Part shown: in pieces, positions 16,182 through 25,900 of the stretch
Position numbering within the stretch: position 1 is the stretch's first letter
How the letters are laid out: every line of letters begins with the position of its first letter
Origin: a virus
Taxonomy: Duplodnaviria > Caudoviricetes
Strand: one strand, 5' to 3'
DNA length: 34,567 nucleotides
Virus record (IMG/VR): IMGVR_UViG_3300017707_001436
Location: 1 to 34,567 of that record
The notes under the pieces: model-generated
The model's input: only the letters and a program-made list of their open reading frames with translations
What the model was told of the DNA's origin: nothing
Database searches by the model: none
Program-made: the position numbers and the translations under genes

Positions 16182-18064
16182 GGATCTGGAACCCCTTCTC
16201 TTTCGGGCCCGTCGGCAAGAACGTGCCCCCGCAGGCGCCACCGGCATTACGCATCGAGGGCGGCGAGGCAACGCCCGAGCAACTGGCCATGACCCAGCAG
16301 GCCTTCGCCAAATTCCAGATGGGCGCACGCCTGGCGCAATACACCAACCAGGTGGTGGCCGGCGAGCTGCCCGACGGCACGCGGTACCGCATCGCCGTGG
16401 TGGGCCCGCAGACCATCATGCAAATCTGGCCAGAGGGCAGCGAGGAAGACTGGCTGGGCGGCATCGGCATCTCATTCACCTACCTGGACGGCAGCTTGAT
16501 CCCCGGCCACACCCGTGTGAACGACGATGGCGAGACAGTGCCGCAGCCCTACATACTCACGCCCCAGGTGAGGGGCGGCACGCGGCTGTCCAATGGGAAA
16601 TGGAAGGTGCGCAAGGTGCCGGGCTACAGCGGCGGCAAGGCGGTGAACACGTCGGGCACGTTCAAGCTGTTCTACACCGGCATCGGCGGCAAGGCCGATA
16701 TCGACGTAGCGCTCTTCCGTGGGCGCAACACCGTGAACGGTATTGCCTACGCACACGAGCTGCCTGGCACCAATGCGCCTGTGTACCGCCTGGACAAACA
16801 GGTGGGGCGCTCGCGCGACAACCCGCTGCCGTTCGTGTACCGGTCCGGCGAAGTCACAAAGCACATGCACCTGGTGGCGCGCTTCGAGGAAGACCCCGGC
16901 CCGGAATTCGGCTACCACTATGACCTGTATGTGGGCGATCGCCCTGCGGAGAACGAGACGGTGGGCGAGCTGGTGGACACCTACAAGGTGCCCGATGGCC
17001 AATTCATCGACCCCTTTTCCATCACGCTGAACGAAGCCGGCACCGGCGCGCGGGCTTCCGGGTCGACCGGCCCGTATTCCTTCTTCGATTTCGCGTTCAC
17101 GCCCAACAGCTTGTCGGTGGCGTTGGTCAATACGCTGCCAGCGAACCGCGTGGTGGGGTTCTACTGGAACCTGTCACAGAGGGAAGAGACATCGGGCACT
17201 CCCGGCCAGGTCGGATACACCACGCAGGGCTGGACGATCTTCGGGGCCGGCGACGGCAGCGCGCCCTACGGCAGCACCGTGGCGATCGATGGGCCGGCCG
17301 GGTCCAACCCATCCGAGCGCGGGGATTACACCGTCTACGAGTACGCCCCTGATTCCTACATCTTCGACCGACGCGGCAGGCCCGATGACGGATCGGAGTT
17401 CCGGCGCCGCACGGTGGCCAGCTCCTATGCCGAGCAGTTCAACCAGCAGGTGGTGGTGGAGGTTAACGACACGGGCGGCCGATTCCAAAACGATGTCATT
17501 TTTTCCTCGCGCTCAAACCACAACGTGACCGGCACTTTCGGGACCATCAGCGTGATTGATGACCTGGACTACCGCGAGACGCACGCTCTGACCGATGGCC
17601 CTTTCACCGTGACAGGCGGCGGTCATTCGTACCGAGACACCGGCGCCAAGGGCTTCATTTTCGAGGACGGCGAGCTGGGCATCGCCATCTACTACGACAA
17701 CAAGAACCTGCGCTCGCAGGAATGGACCTGGGTCGCAGAAGATGGAGAGGCCGTGCAGGACTTCACGCGCGACGACACCGAGGTCAGCACCACATTCAAG
17801 GTCGTGTGCAAGGGCCAGGAGCTGCTGTCGGTGGTGGTGGAGCCGGAAAGCGGCGCGGCATACCAGTTCTTCCTGGCCGGCGATGCGCGCAGCGGCGCCC
17901 TGCTGATCAACGTGCAGGAGGTCTATGGCGACGACAAGGTGCCCGACAAGAGCTGGATTTTCATCTTCGATGACACTGGCGGCCGGCTGCTGAGCACCAT
18001 ACTGGACATCCCCGCAGGCACCCATGTCCGGGCCACCAGCAACAGCGTCATCCTGACCGTGTAA
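16178..18064 (+). CDS. Large beta-rich virion/tail protein, function unknown
   Basis: ATGA coupling to the upstream gene; 628 aa; located in the tail module. Confidence 0.75.
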   Translation: MRIWNPFSFGPVGKNVPPQAPPALRIEGGEATPEQLAMTQQAFAKFQMGARLAQYTNQVVAGELPDGTRYRIAVVGPQTIMQIWPEGSEEDWLGGIGISFTYLDGSLIPGHTRVNDDGETVPQPYILTPQVRGGTRLSNGKWKVRKVPGYSGGKAVNTSGTFKLFYTGIGGKADIDVALFRGRNTVNGIAYAHELPGTNAPVYRLDKQVGRSRDNPLPFVYRSGEVTKHMHLVARFEEDPGPEFGYHYDLYVGDRPAENETVGELVDTYKVPDGQFIDPFSITLNEAGTGARASGSTGPYSFFDFAFTPNSLSVALVNTLPANRVVGFYWNLSQREETSGTPGQVGYTTQGWTIFGAGDGSAPYGSTVAIDGPAGSNPSERGDYTVYEYAPDSYIFDRRGRPDDGSEFRRRTVASSYAEQFNQQVVVEVNDTGGRFQNDVIFSSRSNHNVTGTFGTISVIDDLDYRETHALTDGPFTVTGGGHSYRDTGAKGFIFEDGELGIAIYYDNKNLRSQEWTWVAEDGEAVQDFTRDDTEVSTTFKVVCKGQELLSVVVEPESGAAYQFFLAGDARSGALLINVQEVYGDDKVPDKSWIFIFDDTGGRLLSTILDIPAGTHVRATSNSVILTV

Positions 18065-18073
18065 GGAACCACC

Positions 18074-18517
18074 ATGAACGCCATCGTTTGCAACACCCTG
18101 AACGGCGCCGTGACCGAATACTCCCGGCACGGCTTTCAGAGCATCACCCCCACGCACGGCGGCAGCGCGGCCGGCCTGTTCGCCCTGGGCGGCGACACCG
18201 ATGCCGGCCTGCCCATCGTGGCCGACATCCGCCTGCCCCCCACCCTGCGCGACGAGAACACGCTGAAAAAGCACATCGCCATGGTGTACGTGTCGATCAA
18301 GGGCGGCGGGTGCATGCGCTTCACGGTCTACGGCGAGCCGCCCGTGGTGTGGAGCTACACATTCGGCCTGAGCAAGAGTGGCCAGACCCGCTGCGAGGTG
18401 GGCAAAGGCATCCGCCAGAACTACATGGGCTTCGGGCTGAGCAATCCAGCAGGTCAGATGTTCAAATTGGACCGCATCGAGGTGCAAACCTTGCAATCGA
18501 CTTCCCGGAGGGTCTAA
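18074..18517 (+). CDS. Hypothetical tail protein (147 aa)
   Basis: RBS AAGGA; MNAIVCNTLNGAVTEY...VGKGIRQNY...IEV...RRV resembles the C-terminal part of tail tubular proteins. Confidence 0.75.
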   Translation: MNAIVCNTLNGAVTEYSRHGFQSITPTHGGSAAGLFALGGDTDAGLPIVADIRLPPTLRDENTLKKHIAMVYVSIKGGGCMRFTVYGEPPVVWSYTFGLSKSGQTRCEVGKGIRQNYMGFGLSNPAGQMFKLDRIEVQTLQSTSRRV

Positions 18518-18520
18518 ATC

Positions 18521-20323
18521 ATGGCCGACGCAACCAGCAGCGCAGCAGAGATTGTCAACGAAAAATGGGACTTGTCCCTTGTGCAGACCAGCGCGGCCGT
18601 GGCCGAGGTGGCCAAGACCGCGCAAGCCTTCCGCGACGCCGTGTATGCGCCCGAGCAGATCAGCGCCAAGTTCGAGATGGTGCCGGCGCCCACGCTGCCC
18701 GATGTGACCGAGGTTCCCAACCTGCCGACCATCGCCCTGGAAATCCCGGGCGGACTGCCCGCGCCGCTGGACGCCACGTTGCCACAGCTCGAGCTGGTGG
18801 ACTTCACTGGCACGGCCCCGGTGCTGAACATCCCCGTGGCGCCCACGCTGGTGATCGGCACGGCGCCCGTGCTGCCCGAGGTGCGCGACGTGGCCATCCC
18901 GGATGCGCCGGTCATCACGCTGCCTGACGCCCCGAGCTTCCTGGCGCTGCAGACCGTCACCTTCGGCGGCGTGGACATGCACGAGGAATGGCTGGACAAG
19001 CTGGACGACGTGCCCACGCTGGACCTGGTGGAGCCGACGCCGTTCACCTACATGCCCGGGGCGCAGTACGGCAGCCAGCTCCTGGAGGCCGTCAAGGCCC
19101 GCCTGAACCAGTTCATCCACGGCGGTACCGGCATCACCAAGGCGGTGGAAGAGCAAATTTGGGGCCGCAACCTGGACCGCTTGACCGCCCTGCTGGTATC
19201 TGGTGAGCAGGACATCCTGCGCGCGAACGAGGCCCTGGGCTTCCCGCTGCCCAATGGCGTGATGGCTGGCCAGCAGTTCGACGCCCGGCGCCAGGCCCTG
19301 GCCGAGGCCGCCCAGAATTCGCGCGAGGTGGCGATCGAGCAGGCGAAGCTGGAGCAGACCAACGCGCAGAACGCCGTGCAGGCCGCCATCCAGCTCGAAA
19401 CCACGCTGATGGACAACGCCTACAAGCTGGAGCTGCTGGGCTTCGAGATTGCCAAGGAGACGGCCGCCAACGCCATCCAGGTGGTAAACCTGTCCATCGA
19501 GCGCTTCAAGGCGCTGCTGGACGGCTACCGCAGTTACGCGAGCGTGTACGAGACGCTGATCCGCGCCGAGATGAACAAGGTGGAGGTGTTCAAGGCCCTG
19601 CTGGATGCCGAAAAGACCAAGGCCGACATCAACAAGTCGTTGGTAGACCGGTACAAAGCCGAGGTGGATGCGTCCATGGCTTCGGTGGAAATCTACAAAG
19701 CCCGCGTGAGCGCCGCCCAGACCCTGGTGGAGCTGGAGCGCACCCGCGTGCAGGCCGGCGCCGAGCAGATCCGCGCCTTCGTGGCCACCATCAACGCCGA
19801 GCAGGCCAAGGGCGAGCTGTTCAAGGTGCAGCTCGAGGGCGAGAAGACGCGCATGGAGGTCTATGGCGAAGAGGTGAAGGCCTTCGGCATCCGCGCCAGC
19901 GCCCAGGCCGACCTGGCCCGCGCCAGCGTGGCGAACTACCAGGCCCTCATCAGCGCCAAGCAACTGGAGTGGACGGGCTGGAATTCCCGCCTCAATGCCG
20001 CATCGGCCCAGGTGGAGGCCGCTGCGCGCACGTCCAACGTGATCGTGAACGGCTACAGCATGGGCGCGCGGGCCATCGAGGCCAAGGCCCAGAGCCTGAC
20101 GCGCCTGTGGGAGGCGAACATCTCCCAGTACCAGGCCGGCCAGAACATCACGTTCACCGCGGCGCGCGCCAACGCCCAGGCCGTGGAGCACGCCAACGAC
20201 GCGAAGCTGCAGGCCGCCCAGGTCGAATACACCACCAGCAGCCAGCGGCTGGCCAGCGCCTGGGCGATGGTCGGTGCATCGGCATCCATCAGCGGCAGCG
20301 CATCGCTCACGCAGACCCTCTAG
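18521..20323 (+). CDS. Virion protein with Pro-rich N-terminal half and long coiled-coil C-terminal half
   Basis: 600 aa with strong codon bias; PxLP repeats followed by heptad Ala/Glu/Lys/Tyr helices. Confidence 0.8.
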   Translation: MADATSSAAEIVNEKWDLSLVQTSAAVAEVAKTAQAFRDAVYAPEQISAKFEMVPAPTLPDVTEVPNLPTIALEIPGGLPAPLDATLPQLELVDFTGTAPVLNIPVAPTLVIGTAPVLPEVRDVAIPDAPVITLPDAPSFLALQTVTFGGVDMHEEWLDKLDDVPTLDLVEPTPFTYMPGAQYGSQLLEAVKARLNQFIHGGTGITKAVEEQIWGRNLDRLTALLVSGEQDILRANEALGFPLPNGVMAGQQFDARRQALAEAAQNSREVAIEQAKLEQTNAQNAVQAAIQLETTLMDNAYKLELLGFEIAKETAANAIQVVNLSIERFKALLDGYRSYASVYETLIRAEMNKVEVFKALLDAEKTKADINKSLVDRYKAEVDASMASVEIYKARVSAAQTLVELERTRVQAGAEQIRAFVATINAEQAKGELFKVQLEGEKTRMEVYGEEVKAFGIRASAQADLARASVANYQALISAKQLEWTGWNSRLNAASAQVEAAARTSNVIVNGYSMGARAIEAKAQSLTRLWEANISQYQAGQNITFTAARANAQAVEHANDAKLQAAQVEYTTSSQRLASAWAMVGASASISGSASLTQTL

Positions 20324-20364
20324 CCCGCATAGGGCTTGGGCACAGCGCCAGGACAGCAGACACT
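20324..20364 (+). promoter_or_regulatory. Putative phage late promoter, copy 4 (CCCGCATAGGG-N24-GACACT)
   Basis: Occupies the intergenic gap before the ejection/cargo genes; same motif and spacing as the other copies. Confidence 0.7.
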
Positions 20365-20391
20365 GGCGCGCAACGAACAGAAGGAATCGCC

Positions 20392-22905
20392 ATGCGCGGA
20401 CTCAATCTCCACAAGACCGCCCAGCCCCGCCAGCATCTTGCCGGTGGCGGCCTGGTGCAGGGCCTCAAGCGCGCTTTCGGCATGGACGAAGAGCGCAATG
20501 CCCGTATCGCGGCCTACAAGGCCAGCCAGGCGGCCGATGCAGCCGCGAAGCCAGCATCGACGCCTGCCCCTGCGGCCGCGCCAGCGCCAGCACCCGCGCC
20601 AGCAGTCTCCGACTACAGCGGCATGGGTGCCACGCAGCGCCGCGAGAAGGCACTGGGTCTGAAGAACGGCGGCATCGTCCACGGGCCCGGCACCGGCACC
20701 AGCGACGACATCCCCGACGAAATGCGCGAGGGCAGCTACGTGCTGCCGGCAGACACCACGGCCAAGACCGTGGGCCCGCAGACCAATGCCATGCTGAACC
20801 AGATGCAGGCCGGCGCCGGTGGCGCGCCGCGTGGGCTGCCCATGGGCAAGAAGGTGCCCGTGCAACTGAGCAACGGTGAAACGAAGCTGACCCCCGAGGA
20901 CGTGCACGCGATCGGCGCGCAGGCGCTGGACGCGCTCAAGGGCGCAACGCACACGCCCGTCGCGCGCGGCATGCCGGCCAACATCCCTGGCGGCCAGCAG
21001 GACGACACCCGCATGTTCTTCGCCGAGGGCGGCGCCGTGACCGAGGAAGAGCGCCTGCGCCGCGCGCAGCTCGCACAGATCCCCGTGGGCGGCCAGGTGG
21101 CTCCTGCTGCCGATGGCCGGGACACGACCGAGTTCAGCCGCAACGCAAACAACGCACTGAATGCCATGGGCGGCATGGGCGCGGTGGCCAGCGTGCCGCT
21201 GCGCGCGGCCGAAGCTGCACGCGGCCTTCCTGGCGCCTACCAGACACTGGCCGCCCCAGTGCGCGCTGCCGCCGCGCCTGCTGCCGACTTCATCGCTGGC
21301 GCTGGCCCGAACGCCACCGCCTTCGCCAACACCATTCCTCGCCTGACGAATTCAGCCACGCCGGTGCTGCCCGCTGCAAACGTAGCGCTACAGCAGGGCG
21401 CCCAGGCCAATGTGGCCGCTGCAGGCCTGCGCGCTGCTGGCGGGGCCGGTGCTGGCGCGACGGCGCTGGACGCGAACGGCAACCCGACGGCCGCTGCCGC
21501 GCCGCCAGTAGTGCAGCCCGGCGCGCCGTCGGTTCTGGATACCGACCCACAGGCGCGGGCCGACCGTGCCGCAATCGCAGGCGCTGGACAGAGCGTGATG
21601 GACGCCGCTGGCAATGCTGGTCGCGCTGTCGCCGATATCGCATCGCTGCCCATCCGTGGGGTGGCTGGCGCCATTGACAGCACCGTGGTGCGCGGGCTGC
21701 GCGCGGCCGGTGTGAACGCCCCCTACATCAGCCCCGGCCTGGTGCCGCAAGGTGTGGACCCGTCGAGCATGACGCCGTTCACCGACCAGGCGCGCATGCA
21801 GCAGCCTGCCGCAGCATCGCCTGCTGCTACTTCCCCAACGGCGCCATCGCCACAGGTAGCGCCAGCGGATACCCAACCCGTGTCGGCGCCCATGGCCGTG
21901 AAGAGCGCGGTACCGCCCGGCCCCGTGGGCCTGGACGGCGTGCGCCCCGGCGATCTGCCCGTGGTGGACCAGCAGGTCGCCCCGGGCGTGTACCGCCAGG
22001 GCAACAGCTACGGCGACTCCCCGGCCGCTGCAGCCGCTGGCGCTGCGCCGCGTGGCCTGCCCAGCGCGCAGAACAACGCCGCCGCCCAGGCGCTGGCCGA
22101 TCGCTCGCAGGCCGAGTCGGCTGGCCGGGTGGCCGCCGCCCCCGCCGCGCGCGGCATCCCTGGTGTGCAGGCCGGCACCGTGCCAAACACGGGCAACAAC
22201 TGGCAGGCGCGCAACGACATGCGCAACCTGGAGGTGACCGCCGCCAGCATCACCAACAACGGCGGCCGGTTCGACCCCACCAAGGGCAACAACGCCGCGC
22301 AGGCCGCTCTCAAGAACGCGCAGGCGGCTGATCTGGCCGCGCGCGGCGCCCAGCCCGTGCTGGACCGTGCCGCGATGGACGCCAACGCCAACCTGCAGCG
22401 CGAGCAACTGCAGCAGCAGGGCGGCATTGACCGCGAGAACATCCAGCAGGGCGGCGCCAACACGCGCGCGGCCCGCGGCCTGGCAGTTGACCGTGCCCGC
22501 CTGAACGTGGAAGCCAGCCGCGCAGCCAGCGAGAACGCTGCGCGCGACGTGTCCACCACCGGCGCCCAGCAACTGCAGCAGTTGCGCAATGTGCTGCTGG
22601 ACCCGGAGGCGACGCCCGAGCAGCGCAAGCAGGCGGAAAGCTCGCTGCGCGCCATCGGCGGCAAGGCCGAGGCGGCCAACCGCTTCACGGTGGTGCCTGG
22701 CGGCCAGGAAGTCAGCCCGCAGGGTGTGGCTTTCACGCGCCCGTCCATGGTGCTGAACAACCAAACCGGCGAAATCGTGGGGCAAAACGCCCCCGCCGCC
22801 CCGCAAGGGGGTGCCGCCCGGCCGGCTTCCAAGGCAGAATACGATGCGCTGCCCAAGGGTACCCAATACGTCGGCCCCGACGGGAAGATCAAAATCAAGG
22901 GATAG
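20392..22905 (+). CDS. Putative internal virion (ejection/DNA-transfer) protein
   Basis: ATG 20392 after AAGGA; Ala/Gly/Gln/Pro-rich; GGIVHGPGTGTSDDIP...EGSYVLPAD motif shared with tape-measure/ejection proteins; C-terminal EYDALPKGTQYVGPDGKIKIK. The track start at 19969 overlaps the upstream gene. Confidence 0.8.
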   Translation: MRGLNLHKTAQPRQHLAGGGLVQGLKRAFGMDEERNARIAAYKASQAADAAAKPASTPAPAAAPAPAPAPAVSDYSGMGATQRREKALGLKNGGIVHGPGTGTSDDIPDEMREGSYVLPADTTAKTVGPQTNAMLNQMQAGAGGAPRGLPMGKKVPVQLSNGETKLTPEDVHAIGAQALDALKGATHTPVARGMPANIPGGQQDDTRMFFAEGGAVTEEERLRRAQLAQIPVGGQVAPAADGRDTTEFSRNANNALNAMGGMGAVASVPLRAAEAARGLPGAYQTLAAPVRAAAAPAADFIAGAGPNATAFANTIPRLTNSATPVLPAANVALQQGAQANVAAAGLRAAGGAGAGATALDANGNPTAAAAPPVVQPGAPSVLDTDPQARADRAAIAGAGQSVMDAAGNAGRAVADIASLPIRGVAGAIDSTVVRGLRAAGVNAPYISPGLVPQGVDPSSMTPFTDQARMQQPAAASPAATSPTAPSPQVAPADTQPVSAPMAVKSAVPPGPVGLDGVRPGDLPVVDQQVAPGVYRQGNSYGDSPAAAAAGAAPRGLPSAQNNAAAQALADRSQAESAGRVAAAPAARGIPGVQAGTVPNTGNNWQARNDMRNLEVTAASITNNGGRFDPTKGNNAAQAALKNAQAADLAARGAQPVLDRAAMDANANLQREQLQQQGGIDRENIQQGGANTRAARGLAVDRARLNVEASRAASENAARDVSTTGAQQLQQLRNVLLDPEATPEQRKQAESSLRAIGGKAEAANRFTVVPGGQEVSPQGVAFTRPSMVLNNQTGEIVGQNAPAAPQGGAARPASKAEYDALPKGTQYVGPDGKIKIKG

Positions 22906-22908
22906 AAA

Positions 22909-25900
22909 ATGGCAGAAACCTGGGGCGAAAACGATAAGCCAGCACCAACCGAGAGTTGGGGCACCGGCGATAAAGAAGTACGCCAAGACCCACCGGCCCG
23001 AGGATTGAAAGGCTGGGTGGGCGACGCAGCCGCTACTGCCATTCGCGGCGCCATCGGCGTGCCCGAGGCCATCGTCGGCATTGCCGACATCCCCACGGGC
23101 GGCGCCGTTGGCCAGTTCCTGGAGAACAAAGACGGCGCCGTTGGCTTCCGCCCCAAGCAGGCGCGCGAAGCCGTCAGCGAGATGCTGGACAGCGAAGCCA
23201 CCAAGCAGCAGAACGAGGATTTCCAGAAGGCCGACGGTTTCATCGACAAGGCCAAGGTGGCCATCCAGAACCCCAGCATGATCGCGCGCGGCATCGGCGA
23301 GTCCGTGCCCAGCATGCTCGCTGGTGGCGTAGCCGCGCGCGGCATCCAGGCGCTGTCCAAGGTGGGCCCGGTGGTGGCTGGCGCGCTGGGCGAGGGCGTG
23401 GTGGCCGCAGGTTCTTCTGCCGAGCAGATCCGCCAGGAAACCGAGGATGGCCGGCTGACCCCCACGCAGGCCGCGCTGGCGGGCGCCACGGGCGCAGCCA
23501 CTTCCGTGCTGGGCGCTGCAGGTGGCGCCGCCGCTCGCCGCATGGGCCTTGGCGACGTGGACACCATGCTGGCGCAGGGCGCCACGGGCGTGGCCCGCCA
23601 GAACGCCGACGACGCCGCGCGCGCCGCGACCAATCCGCTGACGCAGAAGGCCGCCAAGAGCATCCCGCGCTCTGTGGTGGAGGGCGCTGTCGCCGAAGGC
23701 CTGCTGGAAGAACTGCCGCAGTCGATGGCCGAGCAGATTTTCCAGAACCTGGCGCTCGAAAAGGACTGGCTGCAGGACGTGGACGCAGCCGCCGTGATGG
23801 GCATCCTGACCGGTGGCGCCATGGGCGGCGGTGCAGCCGGCTACAGCGCCGCGACGCGCCCCAGCGCCAACGCGGAGGACATTGCGCGTGCGCAGGGCGA
23901 GCGCGCGGCCGGCGAACAGGCGCAGCAGGCCCAGGCGAACGCCGGCACCGAGCGCGTGCGCCAGGCCTTCCTGGCCCGCCTGAGCGAGCTTGAGCAGCAG
24001 GAGGGTGGCGAGGCCGCCGTGCCGCAGACCACGCCGCCCGACGGCGCCGCCGCGCTGGCGCAACAGACCGCAGCCGCCGAGGCCGAGCGCCAAGCAGGAA
24101 TCGACGCCAGCCGCGCCGTGACCACGCCGGACGACGAAATCCTGCAATCCACCGGCGCCGACGTGCCACCATCGGTGCGCATGGGCCTGGACCCCGCCGC
24201 TGGCACGATGTCGGCCGCCGCCGCGCTTGCCGTGGACACCGGCGTGACCGACGGCATGCAGCAGCAGGCCCAGGCCGCCCAGCAGCAGGAGGAAGCCGCT
24301 GCAGGTGCCGAGCAGGCCGTCAAGGAGCAGGACAAGCAGGCCCAGGCCGCGCTGAAGCAGCAGCAGACCGCCGAGCGCGACCGCGAGCGTTCCGCCGTGG
24401 CTGGACAGAAGCGCATCGACATGACCACCGGCGAGCTTCTGGAGCCAGAAACCATCCAGAACTGGACCGCGCAGCAACTTTCGGACACCTACCGCAGCGC
24501 CCAGAACCCCAAGGTGCGCACCGAACTGCGCAAGGAGTTGATGCGCCGACGCATTGCCGGCCTAAAAGAGCAATCCACCACAGGAGAATCCAGTGCCAAC
24601 GAAGCCGATCAAGCCCAGCAAGGAAGCGCGCAACAAGCGCAAGGCCGAGCAGCGCAAGAACCCGCAGGAGCTGCGCAAGGCGAGCCTCAACCAGCAAGCC
24701 CAGCAGCAGGCGCAGCCATTGATGGCGCACCAGCAGTTCGGGCACTGACCGATGGCACCCCGACTGCGAACGCTGGAGCGCAAGAAGCGCCAGCGCCAGG
24801 CCCGCAAGGAGCGCCGGATGATGCTGCGCGCGCAACCGCCGCAGGAGAAGCCTGGACGCGCATGCCCACCACCGACCGGCAGGGTGTTGCCGCGCGCCTG
24901 GCCGACCTGATCCCGAACGTTGCCCGCCGCAAGAACCTGCACCGGCTGAACTGGGACACGCTGAGCCAGCGCGAGCGCACGGCAATCGCCGACCTGGTGG
25001 AGCCGCGCGCGGCCGCGCCCGTGGTGGAGGCCGCCGCTGCAGAAGCCGCGACCAGCCCGCTGAACGACCTGCCCGAGCCCACCGACGCGCAGAAGGAAGC
25101 CGGGAACTACAAGAAGGGGCACGCCCGCGTCAACGGCCTGGACATCAGCATCGAGAACCCGGCCGGCACGCGCCGCCGCCCCGAGTGGCCCGAGCTGAAG
25201 GACCACTACGGCTACATCCGTGGCAGCGTGGGCGCCGACAAGGACCATGTGGACGTTTTCATGACCGACCGCGCCGAAGACCCGGCCCTGCCGGTGTTCG
25301 TGGTCGACCAGGTGAACGCCGACGGCTCTTACGATGAGCACAAGGTCATCATGGGCACGGCCAGCGAGGCCGAGGCGCGCGACACCTACCTGCGCAACTA
25401 CGCCCCGGGCTGGACCGGCCTGAGCGGCATCACGCAGATGACGCAGGACGAATTCAAGGCTTGGGTGCGCGACCCGGCCAAGACGCGCGCGCGCCTGTCG
25501 CCCGTACCACAGGCCGCAGATGCAGGCAACATGCAGGCGCCTGCACCTGCACCTGCAACCGCTGCGCCACGCCGCACGCAGCCCGGAGAGCCGGGCTACA
25601 CCCTGCTGAACGCCCGCAATGACCTGATGGAGTTGCGCGCGCAGGAATCGAACCAGGGCCGCGTGAGCGACGATCGCCTGGGCCAGCGCATCGCCAGCAT
25701 GGAGAAGCTGGTGGGCGACATGGAGCGCCTGGAAGATGCACAACGCCGCAGTGCCGCAGGCGACGCCGGGGCCAAAGCCATCATTCAGCCGGCAATCGAC
25801 CTGCTGCAGAAAGACATTGCAGCCCAGAGCGAAGCCACAAATTCGGGCCCCGTCGCTACTTCGGTGGAACCCGCGGACCGCTGGACCAACGCCACCCCCG

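Noticed and set aside
20560-20605. Short GCGCCA/CCTGCA-type tandem repeats (also near 25540 and 26585)
   Set aside because: They encode Pro-Ala linkers; not CRISPR or regulatory repeats.
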